A DNA stretch of 64,000 bases from a virus (lineage: Duplodnaviria; Caudoviricetes). The translations under genes were made by a program, and so were the position numbers. Shown here in pieces: positions 35,893 to 43,968 of the stretch. The notes beneath the pieces are model-generated. The model did not search any database, had not been told where the DNA came from, and saw only the letters and a list, made by a program, of their open reading frames with translations. Each line of letters begins with the position of its first letter. Position 1 is the stretch's first letter. The stretch lies in the IMG/VR virus record IMGVR_UViG_3300047160_017115, positions 23,879 to 87,878 of that record; one strand, 5' to 3'.

Positions 35893-36298
35893 GGTCTTCT
35901 GGTTCGGGGTGAACGCGTCCCTGGCCGCGGGTAAGCCTCCGGTGTTCGCTTACGAGCGCCCGCTTGCCCGGGGCAGGGACGATGGGACTGTCTTCTCGCA
36001 CGCCCAGGTCGCCCGTGTCGGCAAGTACCTGACGCCCAAGGCCCCCTTGACCTCTCAAGATCCTGAGTGGACGGTGACGGCCGACGGGCAGTTCGTCATG
36101 ATCCCGGTCAGTGCCTACAGGACTCATGTCCGTTCCCAGGCCGCGGTCTTCGGGCTCGGCCTGGAGCTCGGTTTGAGGGCCGCGACCCGGACGCTCGCTG
36201 GGCGTGTCACGGGCGTGGTCCTCGTTCTCGGTGACGATGTAACTGAACTGGAGGACGGCGTACGTTGCTACGTCGGCCTCGCGCTGCAAGTGGAGTGA
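35882..36298 (+). CDS. Hypothetical protein
   Basis: ATG 35882 within track ORF 35630..36298. Confidence 0.55.
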   Translation: MEIRVFWFGVNASLAAGKPPVFAYERPLARGRDDGTVFSHAQVARVGKYLTPKAPLTSQDPEWTVTADGQFVMIPVSAYRTHVRSQAAVFGLGLELGLRAATRTLAGRVTGVVLVLGDDVTELEDGVRCYVGLALQVE

Positions 36299-36307
36299 AC
36301 GACTCAG

Positions 36308-36697
36308 ATGTCCGATGCTTTGAAGGCTCTGCCCGAGCACATCAACCAGTTGCGTATCCGTACCGCCGCGGTCGAGAAGGCGGGGGCCGGCTACCTGAAG
36401 TTCAACGGGCTCTACGCCCAGACGTGCGGCCAGCCGTACGAGGGTCGGCGCCAGGGCCTGCCCCTCCTGGCCTGTCCGGTCTCCCTGGACGGGGTGAACA
36501 TGCTCGAGACGCCCCTGTCGATCGACCTCGCGAAGGTCGACCCCAAGTACCTCCCGACCGTCACGGGGGCCATCGCCGTCTCGTTGGAGGCCCAACTCCT
36601 GGAGCAGGCGCAAGCCCTGCACACCCACGCCGCGGCCATCCTGGAGGCGGTGCAACAGCTCGGGGTCTCCGAGGAACAGCCGAAGCAGGCATCATGA
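36308..36697 (+). CDS. Hypothetical protein
   Basis: 129-aa ORF, ATGA coupling to next gene. Confidence 0.6.
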   Translation: MSDALKALPEHINQLRIRTAAVEKAGAGYLKFNGLYAQTCGQPYEGRRQGLPLLACPVSLDGVNMLETPLSIDLAKVDPKYLPTVTGAIAVSLEAQLLEQAQALHTHAAAILEAVQQLGVSEEQPKQAS

Positions 36698-37257
36698 GCT
36701 CTGACGACCCGCTCCTGGCGAGCGACCCTGCCGACGGTTACCGGGTTGTGCCACAGGAGCTCGGCGCGGCCGTGGCGTGGCTGGAAATCCAGTTGCTCTC
36801 GGGGGGTGAGACTGTACCTGGTTTTCAGGAGGGCGCGCTCTCCGTCGAGCTCACCTCCTGGTCAAACCCCGACGCCCCGCAGTTCGGCGAGCGGTCGCGT
36901 CTGCAGTTCGTCCTCGAGGCCGTCTGTCGGTACCTGAACACGGGCGGGGACTGGGAAGACCTGAAACGGGTCCTCATGGTCATGATGGCCGTGGCCCCGG
37001 GCGGGCGCCATCTGGGGGGTTACTACTACCTGGGCGGCGAGCTCAACTCCGAGGGGGTATTCGAGCACCTCTTCGCCAAGGGCGACGGCTCCGGTGCCGC
37101 CGTGCGCTGGGTGGAGAACCAGTTCGTCGAGCCCGTGGACCTCTCCAAGCTAGACTTCGAACTGGATGACGAGGGTGAAGAAGAGGCAGAAGGATACGAG
37201 GGGAGCGGGCCCCCCGAAGGTTGGACACAACTTGAAGGAGGTCTTCCGCCGCCGTGA
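36694..37257 (+). CDS. Hypothetical protein
   Basis: ATG 36694 within track ORF 36265..37257. Confidence 0.55.
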   Translation: MSSDDPLLASDPADGYRVVPQELGAAVAWLEIQLLSGGETVPGFQEGALSVELTSWSNPDAPQFGERSRLQFVLEAVCRYLNTGGDWEDLKRVLMVMMAVAPGGRHLGGYYYLGGELNSEGVFEHLFAKGDGSGAAVRWVENQFVEPVDLSKLDFELDDEGEEEAEGYEGSGPPEGWTQLEGGLPPP

Positions 37258-38095
37258 CCAGCTCGGTGCGGTCCTGTCCTTCGAGTTCCATGACAAGTTC
37301 CTCGACCGCTCGGAGTTCGACCGGCTGATCGGACAGTGCCTCCGGGGCCTGCCCGGGGGCATCCTCCCGGAAGTGGTCGAGGACTCGGTCCCCGAGCTCT
37401 TCGGTGTGCGGGGGGACCACAAGAAGTTAGTGACGGCGGCGTGGCGGCTGGCCGGCAACCTCTCCAGGTTGCAGGCTGGCCTGTCCGCCCCGCCGTGGTC
37501 GGCCCAGCGTGGCACGGAGTGGGCGCCTCTGTCAGTGATCGGGGCGTCCCCGGCGCGCCGGCGCGACGCCCTGGGCTGGGAGGTCGAGTTCCGCGTCCTC
37601 GCGGGTACGGCCTGCCCCCTGACGACGCGTCGGTGGTGGTCCCCGAAGACGTGCCGCGCCCTCTCCCGCCACTTCGGGTTCTCGCGGCCGCTGCCCCAGA
37701 ACTCGAGACGGTCGCTCCTGCACCCGTTCGTGAACGCCGACCAGTTCGTGACCCTGCGCCTGCTCGCGCTCCTGGAGCCCGAGCTGAGCGAACACGGTCC
37801 CGGTTTCCTGACGGTGGAGTTTCCGTCCGCCATACAGGCCTGGAACCGTACACAGCACCTCTACCGTGGCCGCCGCGACGCGGCGCACGCCTGCCCGTTC
37901 GGCTACGAACGGGACTGGCCGTGCCACCGCTGCCACGTCGGCTACCGGGAGTGCCGCGCCGGTACGCACCGTGAGACGTACGTCCCGAGGCCGTGCGCGG
38001 CTTGCAAGCGTGAGGACGCCCTGTTCGACCCGGCACGGCGCCGGGGCGACTGCGTCAACTGTGAGCGGACCCGTGTGTTGCACGGGCCGGTGTGA
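37166..38095 (+). CDS. Hypothetical protein with Cys-rich C-terminal zinc-binding region
   Basis: CPF...CHRCHVGYREC...H...CAAC...CVNC; start uncertain. Confidence 0.65.
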   Translation: MTRVKKRQKDTRGAGPPKVGHNLKEVFRRRDQLGAVLSFEFHDKFLDRSEFDRLIGQCLRGLPGGILPEVVEDSVPELFGVRGDHKKLVTAAWRLAGNLSRLQAGLSAPPWSAQRGTEWAPLSVIGASPARRRDALGWEVEFRVLAGTACPLTTRRWWSPKTCRALSRHFGFSRPLPQNSRRSLLHPFVNADQFVTLRLLALLEPELSEHGPGFLTVEFPSAIQAWNRTQHLYRGRRDAAHACPFGYERDWPCHRCHVGYRECRAGTHRETYVPRPCAACKREDALFDPARRRGDCVNCERTRVLHGPV

Positions 38096-38121
38096 CGCCC
38101 CTTTGAGAGGAGACCTCCGAG

Positions 38122-38640
38122 ATGTCGAACGACGAGAAACCGAACCCCGCGACGGTTACCGTGCAGATCCCTCCCCCCGAGCAGGGGGCGTTCTACGACA
38201 AGCTCATAACCAAGGGCCGTACGGCCGCCGACCTCCTCGACCTTCAGGTCACCATGATCGCGCCCCTGAAACCGGAGACCGGTGACGGGGAGCTCGACAA
38301 GGTCACCGGCGCGGTCGTGAACTCGTTCGCGGAGAGCCTGAAGACCTCGGCCAGTACCTTACGTGACCTTTGCCGCCACGTCCGACACCTGCACGCCCTG
38401 CGCGTCGCCTCGGCCCGGAAGCACAACAACGCCGTGCGTACCGCCAAGTCGTACATGAAGCAGGTCGCGTACTACAACTACGGCGTTTACATGGAGCTGA
38501 TCGAGGAGCGCGACGCGACGGAGGCCGAGCTCCGGGCTCAAATCGCCGAGCTCCAGGCCCAGCTCGCGGCCCCGCCCGTGTACTCCGATCCTGAGACGCC
38601 GGCCCCTACCGACCGGCCCGTCCTGAGCACCGCGGTCTGA
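38122..38640 (+). CDS. Hypothetical protein (coiled-coil C-terminus)
   Basis: GAGGAG RBS; 172 aa. Confidence 0.65.
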   Translation: MSNDEKPNPATVTVQIPPPEQGAFYDKLITKGRTAADLLDLQVTMIAPLKPETGDGELDKVTGAVVNSFAESLKTSASTLRDLCRHVRHLHALRVASARKHNNAVRTAKSYMKQVAYYNYGVYMELIEERDATEAELRAQIAELQAQLAAPPVYSDPETPAPTDRPVLSTAV

Positions 38641-38653
38641 GCCCGCCACCTGC

Positions 38654-38685
38654 GGCCCCGGCGGCGCGAGTCAGCCGCCGGGGCC
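38654..38685. other. Perfect 12-bp intergenic hairpin
   Basis: GGCCCCGGCGGC-N8-GCCGCCGGGGCC. Confidence 0.7.
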
Positions 38686-38702
38686 ACACTCCCGTGGTGA
38701 TA

Positions 38703-38736
38703 GTCATGCCCTCCCGGGGGCTTCGTATCCGGAGAC
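38703..38736 (+). repeat. Dispersed 34-bp hairpin element, copy 5
   Basis: GTCATGCCCTCCCGGGGGCTTCGTATCCGGAGAC (G-T in stem). Confidence 0.9.
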
Positions 38737-38750
38737 TCCGGCTGCTCTTT

Positions 38751-38784
38751 CTTACGCCCTCCCGGGGGCTTCGTATCCGGAGAT
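38751..38784 (+). repeat. Dispersed 34-bp hairpin element, copy 6
   Basis: CTTACGCCCTCCCGGGGGCTTCGTATCCGGAGAT, 10 nt before thyX ATG. Confidence 0.9.
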
Positions 38785-38794
38785 GAGGTAATTG

Positions 38795-39709
38795 ATGCCG
38801 AAGCGTTTCGTCTCACCGCAGGTCCACTTTCTCGGCATGACCGAGGTCGACGAGGAGGGCCTCCAGGGCTACCTTGACGCCACGGGGAACTCCGAGTTCA
38901 TGGCGTCCTACCGCGAGGCCAGGGCCAGCGGCCTGTCCTCCGCGGAGTGCCTCTGTAGCTTCTACGCCAAGCTCTGCTACCGGTCTCTGGCCCTGGGCCA
39001 CAACGCCAACATCTCCCGGGTCCGCGACATCCGCGACAATCTGGTCACGACGTTCGACAGCGCCCACGGCTCGGTCTTCGAGCACGTGAACCTCAACTTC
39101 GTGGCCTACAACGTCTCCAGGGTGTCGACCCATGAGTGGGTACGCCACCGGATCGGGACGGCCTTCTCCCAGACCTCGGGTCGGTACTGCCGGATCGAGG
39201 ACCTCCAGCTCGTCTGGGACCCGATTCTCGATGGTTGCCAGGACCTGCTGGAGGACGCACTCCAGAAGATCGAGGACACCGTGTACCTGATGGAGTGCCA
39301 CACGGGCCTGCGCGTCCCGCCCCCGAATACGTCCGGCGTCACCCCTTTTGATTATCTGAGAGCGCGCGACGAGGACGACCTGGTGTTTATTGAGAGGCTT
39401 CGCTGGGTCCCCAACCCCGACGTCGACTTCACCTTCAAGAAGAAGGTCACGAGTGCGATTCGGAGAATCGCCCCCAACGGCCAGCCCAACGAGATGGGCT
39501 TCTCGGTCAACCTCCGCTCCCTGCGCCACGTCGTCATGGTGCGCACGGCCGCGGCCGCCGAGCGCGAGATCCGGGACATCTTTGGACAGGTCTACCGCCT
39601 GGCCAAGGCCAAGATGCCCCTGGCCTTCCACGGCGCCAAGGAGCGCGAGGTGGACGGCCTCGTCGAGGTCTACGGCATGAAACTCCAGCCCTACGAGAGG
39701 ACAGACTGA
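38795..39709 (+). CDS. thyX: FAD-dependent thymidylate synthase
   Basis: HGSVFEH; SRVSTHEWVRHRIGTAFSQTSGRY (RHR-x7-S motif); ARRIAPN-like; NLRSLRH. Confidence 0.93.
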   Translation: MPKRFVSPQVHFLGMTEVDEEGLQGYLDATGNSEFMASYREARASGLSSAECLCSFYAKLCYRSLALGHNANISRVRDIRDNLVTTFDSAHGSVFEHVNLNFVAYNVSRVSTHEWVRHRIGTAFSQTSGRYCRIEDLQLVWDPILDGCQDLLEDALQKIEDTVYLMECHTGLRVPPPNTSGVTPFDYLRARDEDDLVFIERLRWVPNPDVDFTFKKKVTSAIRRIAPNGQPNEMGFSVNLRSLRHVVMVRTAAAAEREIRDIFGQVYRLAKAKMPLAFHGAKEREVDGLVEVYGMKLQPYERTD

Positions 39710-40173
39710 TGTCGTTCCAGGCTCGCATGTCGGCAGGCGATACGCGGCTCTACTCGGTCAACCGCGACGTCGCCCACCACTTCCCTCAGGTCATGATGCA
39801 CATCGCCAACCGCCTCGAGAACGGGGCGTGGCCCTTCCTCAAAAGCCTCCTCGACGCCTACGGGGTTCCTGAGGAGGAACTGGGGAAGGCGTGCGAGACC
39901 TTCTGCGCCTTTATCGCGACGGCCCACGAGAGGGGCGACACCGTCACGATGGAGGATGCCCTCCAGGCCAGCGGTTTCCTGGCCGTTCACCAGGCGGCCC
40001 AGGCCGTCTTCATGGCGTACCTGGGGTCCGTGATGGCCGGCATCTTCTTCGCCGGCGCCCGTGACGCGAGCCTCGGTGGTGATTCCTACAAGGCGTCCGT
40101 CGCCGGCCTCGTGGAGGCGGGCGCGCGGTGCGCCGAGATGTTCAAGGCCAAGGGTCAAGGGGAGACCACGTGA
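39709..40173 (+). CDS. Hypothetical protein
   Basis: TGATG coupling with thyX. Confidence 0.65.
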   Translation: MSFQARMSAGDTRLYSVNRDVAHHFPQVMMHIANRLENGAWPFLKSLLDAYGVPEEELGKACETFCAFIATAHERGDTVTMEDALQASGFLAVHQAAQAVFMAYLGSVMAGIFFAGARDASLGGDSYKASVAGLVEAGARCAEMFKAKGQGETT

Positions 40174-40235
40174 AGAAGGTCTGGCAGAAGGTCAAGGATT
40201 TCTTCGGGATCCTGTGGCTCTGGTGGAAGGCGTAA
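40170..40235 (+). CDS. Putative 21-aa cationic, Trp-rich peptide
   Basis: Manual translation (M)KKVWQKVKDFFGILWLWWKA; GTGA overlap with upstream stop; GGGGAG RBS. Confidence 0.45.
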   Translation: MKKVWQKVKDFFGILWLWWKA

Positions 40236-40238
40236 CAC

Positions 40239-40249
40239 AAAACCGTTTT
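40239..40249. promoter_or_regulatory. AAAAC-S-GTTT(T/C) near-palindrome
   Basis: AAAACCGTTTT, intergenic, 31 nt before ATG 40280. Confidence 0.65.
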
Positions 40250-40279
40250 TGAGAACCCGCGCGCACCTGGAGGTGACAA

Positions 40280-40759
40280 ATGGGTTGGTGGGATACAGGG
40301 ATCATGGGGGGCGACACCCCTTGGGACGTCGCAGGTCTCGTGAGCGAGGCCCTGGGGCTCTACGACAAGGAAGACGACGATGACTTCGGTCTGATGCACA
40401 TGCCGGAGGACTGGGACGACGACAATCGTACGCTCGTACGCGAGGCCTTTGGACAGGTCGGCGTGGGGGAGGTGGCCGAGGAGCTGCTCGCGGCTTACGA
40501 CGGCGATCTGGACGGGCAGTGCGTCGCCCTGGAGGTCCTCGGCCTGCTCGTCATGTCGTGCGGGGCCGGCCTCCCCGACGAGGTAAGGAAAATGGTCCTC
40601 GACGCCTGCGACGCGGACGACTGGGCCGCCGAGGACGACGAACGCAAGGCCCACATCGACGCGTTCCGGAAACTGGTCGTGGCCTACAAGGGGGAGCCCG
40701 TCAGGGTCGAGCAGGACAGCCTATGGGACAAGCTCGACAGGGCCTTCTCGGACTCGTGA
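40280..40759 (+). CDS. Hypothetical acidic protein (MGWWDTG...D N-terminus, DUF4259-like)
   Basis: GGAGGT RBS; N-terminus resembles 'MGxWgxGxfxxD'. Confidence 0.6.
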   Translation: MGWWDTGIMGGDTPWDVAGLVSEALGLYDKEDDDDFGLMHMPEDWDDDNRTLVREAFGQVGVGEVAEELLAAYDGDLDGQCVALEVLGLLVMSCGAGLPDEVRKMVLDACDADDWAAEDDERKAHIDAFRKLVVAYKGEPVRVEQDSLWDKLDRAFSDS

Positions 40760-41391
40760 TCGACCCATTCGACCTGACGCGGTATGACCGTTCGGACGCG
40801 GAGCTCGAGGAGTTCGCCCTCTTCTGCCCGCTGACGGCTGCGACCAGCGCAAAGGCCGCGGCTGGGACGCTCGAAAAGATGCTGTGTCAGTTGCGGTACG
40901 AGGTGACGCCTTTCACCTCGTCGCTCAAGTACTCGCCCTTCGAGCTCGTCCGTCAACGGCTACTGAACCGTTGTGGGGCGTACGGCCTGAACGGGCTGAT
41001 AGAGCTCCTGCGCTTCAGTGGCGCCCGTGCCTACCGGATGAAAGCGTCGGCCGTGGCCTCGTTGGCCAGGGCCGGTCTCGACCTGCGTACGTGCTCCGTC
41101 TCGGATCTCGATGCCCTGTCGGGCATAGGCAGGAAGACGGCGAGCTTCTTCGTTCTGCACTCACGCCCGGGGGTCCGGGTCGCCGTGCTCGACCGTCACA
41201 TCCTGCGGGAGTTGCGTGCGCTCTTTCCGGGAGAGCGTGTGCCGGAATCGGCTCCTCAGTCCCACAAGGAGTACGACCGCCTCGAGCGTCTTTATCTTGG
41301 GCATGTCGGCGCCACGGGCCAGGATCCGGCGCGTCTGGACCTTGCCGTATGGAGCCGGCGCGCGTCCCGGTCGAAAACGGTTTCTACCTGA
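40756..41391 (+). CDS. HhH-GPD 8-oxoguanine-glycosylase-like protein, paralog 2
   Basis: LDALSGIGRKTASFF HhH; VAVLDRHILR; YDRLE; LDLAVW; GTGA coupling. Confidence 0.8.
   Translation: MIDPFDLTRYDRSDAELEEFALFCPLTAATSAKAAAGTLEKMLCQLRYEVTPFTSSLKYSPFELVRQRLLNRCGAYGLNGLIELLRFSGARAYRMKASAVASLARAGLDLRTCSVSDLDALSGIGRKTASFFVLHSRPGVRVAVLDRHILRELRALFPGERVPESAPQSHKEYDRLERLYLGHVGATGQDPARLDLAVWSRRASRSKTVST
41374..41384. promoter_or_regulatory. AAAAC-S-GTTT(T/C) near-palindrome
   Basis: AAAACGGTTTC at gene end, 22 nt before GTG 41406. Confidence 0.55.
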
Positions 41392-41405
41392 AAGGGGGAT
41401 ATGCG

Positions 41406-41627
41406 GTGAGTGAGCGTACCGTCGGTACCTGTGGTAACTGTGGCGGCCGAGTGACGGTACCGGACGCTTGGATGGGGGCCGACCCGCCGGTCCCGACCTG
41501 TCAGTCCTGTGGGGCAGAGACGAGTCAGCCCTACGGCCCCGTTCTCAACATGGAAAAGCCGCCCAATACGACGGACATGCGGCGGATCCGTTGGAGGCAA
41601 GCGTGTCGCAAGAACGCAGACTCATGA
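41406..41627 (+). CDS. Small zinc-ribbon protein
   Basis: GTCGNCGG...PTCQSCG. Confidence 0.6.
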   Translation: MSERTVGTCGNCGGRVTVPDAWMGADPPVPTCQSCGAETSQPYGPVLNMEKPPNTTDMRRIRWRQACRKNADS

Positions 41628-41902
41628 CTCCGGACGAGCTCTCAAGGCGCGTCCTGGAGAACCCCGCGAACTGTCCGTTCTGTCTGTCAGAGGACATCTC
41701 GGCCGGTAAGACGGACCAATTCGACCTACGATCCCTGACGGTGCACATTACGTGTGAGAAGTGCGCGCAGGAGTGGGAAGAGGTCTACTCGCTCGTGGGC
41801 GCCAACGTCGAACGCGGTGGAGTGATCGATAGCCTGTGCACCTCGGGGCTCAGCAAACTGACACTCGATGAGCGCATCGTCCTCGGGCTCGAACTGTTAT
41901 AG
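41624..41902 (+). CDS. Small zinc-ribbon protein
   Basis: NCPFCLS...TCEKCAQEW; ATGA coupling; ends LTLDERIVLGLELL. Confidence 0.65.
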   Translation: MTPDELSRRVLENPANCPFCLSEDISAGKTDQFDLRSLTVHITCEKCAQEWEEVYSLVGANVERGGVIDSLCTSGLSKLTLDERIVLGLELL

Positions 41903-41947
41903 GCCCCTGACGCCCCCGGTGATACGCTCACCGGGGTCGTAGGGGCC
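41902..41947. other. Long intergenic hairpin
   Basis: GGCCCCT-gACGc-CCCCGGTGA-TACGC-TCACCGGGG-tCGT-AGGGGCC. Confidence 0.65.
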
Positions 41948-41954
41948 GGCCCGT

Positions 41955-42857
41955 TTGGAGAGGAGGCCCGCGACGCCAGAAGACATCGTCGCGATGATCA
42001 TCAATTCGTGGACCCCGCGCTTCCGCTCCCTCTACGGGGGCTCCTTCCCTGAGTCCTATGCCTGTGTCGACTGTGAGACCTCGGGTCTCAACTTCGAGAA
42101 GGACCTCGTGATCGAGTTCGGGGCCTGTCTCGTCAAGGACAGGGTGCCCGTCAACCGACTCAACCTTGTCATCGACTGGACGAACCACGATGTCGTCCCC
42201 GACGACTGGCTCAAACACAGGCTCGACACCCTCGCCCGCCACATGGAGGAGGATGGCCGCTCCTGGCGGCTTACCTACGACGTTCTCAAACGCGAGGGCG
42301 TCAAGCCGCAGGAGGCCCTTGAATTCGTGCTCGAGTACCTGGAGGCCTTCCAGGAGGAAGGCATCCTCCTGGCCTCCCACAACGGGTACTCGTTCGACGA
42401 GAGGATGCTGGCGGCCAACTTCGACGGCTTCCTCGGCGTCCCCGACTTTCGCTTCGGCGAGAACGGGATGTTCGACACGGGGGCCATCGAGAAGGCGAGC
42501 CAACTTCCGACCGACGATCGGATGCTACCGCGCCCGTTGGACACCATGGAGAGTTACTTCCGGCGCGTCTGCAACGCCCAGATCAAGGGCGTGCGGTGGA
42601 ACCTCGACAACCACTGTATGAACAAGTACCGCCTCTTCGAGAAGAAGGGCGTGGACCGTTCCCAGTGCCACACTGCGGGGTTCGACGCCTACCTGGTCCA
42701 CCTCCTGATGGAGGAGTACCGGTCGCGCGTCACCCCGGACGTGAGCCTGACGCCCGGCGACCTGGCGGAGGCCGCCGAGGCCAAGCACGAAGCCGTCATC
42801 GTGCTCGACTGGCACAGTGCTACGGCGCAGCGACACCGCGGTCAGAGGAGGAGCTGA
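41955..42857 (+). CDS. DEDDh 3'-5' exonuclease (DnaQ-like)
   Basis: VDCETSGL; ASHNGYSFD; FDT; HTAGFDA. Confidence 0.88.
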   Translation: MERRPATPEDIVAMIINSWTPRFRSLYGGSFPESYACVDCETSGLNFEKDLVIEFGACLVKDRVPVNRLNLVIDWTNHDVVPDDWLKHRLDTLARHMEEDGRSWRLTYDVLKREGVKPQEALEFVLEYLEAFQEEGILLASHNGYSFDERMLAANFDGFLGVPDFRFGENGMFDTGAIEKASQLPTDDRMLPRPLDTMESYFRRVCNAQIKGVRWNLDNHCMNKYRLFEKKGVDRSQCHTAGFDAYLVHLLMEEYRSRVTPDVSLTPGDLAEAAEAKHEAVIVLDWHSATAQRHRGQRRS

Positions 42858-43435
42858 TGGCCGCCCGGCTCACGGGGGAGGCGGCGACCCAGAAGGTCGT
42901 CGACTTCGTGGCCGCCCTCCCCCCAACGGGGCGCCTGTACGTCGGGATCGACCCCGGCGTGCACGGCGCCCTTGCCTGTCTGGCTGGTGGGGAGTTCATT
43001 GTCCTGGATCTCCCCACGCTCAAGGTCCAGACGTCTCGCAAGTCGTCGAAGGGTACCAGGATCTGCCGGACCGAGTTCGACGAGGCGGCGATCTGGGACC
43101 TGATCAAACCCCTGCGGTCGGTACGCGACCGCGTCCTGGTCGGTCTGGAGAGGGGCGGCCCCCGCCCGGCGGACACGCCGACGACCGCGTTCCGTGCCGG
43201 CTACGGCAACGGGATGTGGCCCCTCTTCTTCCTGTCACACCGGCTCCCGGTACAGCTCGTCGTACCGTCGGTGTGGAAGAAGCGCATGGAGTTGGCCGGG
43301 AAGGACAAGAACGCGTCGCGCCTCCTTGCGATGCGCCTGTTCCCCGGCGCCCCGGTGACGGCCAAGGCTCACGCCGACCGTGCCGAGGCGCTCCTGCTGG
43401 CGTACTACGTACGCCGTGACAACGAGCGCGCCTGA
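42857..43435 (+). CDS. ruvC: RuvC-like Holliday junction resolvase
   Basis: YVGIDPGVHGA; VGLER; VPSVWKK; DRAEALLLA. Confidence 0.85.
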   Translation: MAARLTGEAATQKVVDFVAALPPTGRLYVGIDPGVHGALACLAGGEFIVLDLPTLKVQTSRKSSKGTRICRTEFDEAAIWDLIKPLRSVRDRVLVGLERGGPRPADTPTTAFRAGYGNGMWPLFFLSHRLPVQLVVPSVWKKRMELAGKDKNASRLLAMRLFPGAPVTAKAHADRAEALLLAYYVRRDNERA

Positions 43436-43526
43436 GCGCGCCTGAGAGGGGGCCTCACGCCTGTCGCGTGGAGGCTCCGTACACACTCAGCCCCCGGGAG
43501 GCCGCTGTGAGATACAGGCTACGGCT

Positions 43527-43730
43527 ATGAGCCGCATCGTCCTCGGACAGACACGCGAGTTGCGCCGTAAGGTCCTCGCCCGCGACGGCACGCAGGTGCC
43601 GTCGGGCTCGGTCGTTACGGTGGTCGGTAGCGATGACACCTACTTCAACCTTTTGACCACCGACGGTCGCAGGCTACTCCTTAACGCCCGTACGGTGCAC
43701 CGTCACACCCGTCCCCTCGTCACCGCGTGA
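43527..43730 (+). CDS. Small hypothetical protein (beta-rich)
   Basis: 67-aa ORF. Confidence 0.5.
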   Translation: MSRIVLGQTRELRRKVLARDGTQVPSGSVVTVVGSDDTYFNLLTTDGRRLLLNARTVHRHTRPLVTA

Positions 43731-43740
43731 GGTCGCCCCG

Positions 43741-43968
43741 ATGTTGCTGTTGATGGCTGATTACAACGTTGTAGCCCTTACCGGGATCATGAGGACCCAG
43801 ACCCTGGTCTACGGGACCAGCAGTCAGGGCGAGGCCATGCGCTACGCCGCGAACTACACCGACAAGCGCGGTCGTGAAACCCGCGTCCTGACGCGGAGCC
43901 GTGAGCCGATCGCCGAGTTCACGCCCTCCAAGCCCCTTGCCAGGAAGGAGGTCCTTGTTGGTTTCTGA
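43741..43968 (+). CDS. Small hypothetical protein
   Basis: 75-aa ORF, GAGG RBS. Confidence 0.5.
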   Translation: MLLLMADYNVVALTGIMRTQTLVYGTSSQGEAMRYAANYTDKRGRETRVLTRSREPIAEFTPSKPLARKEVLVGF

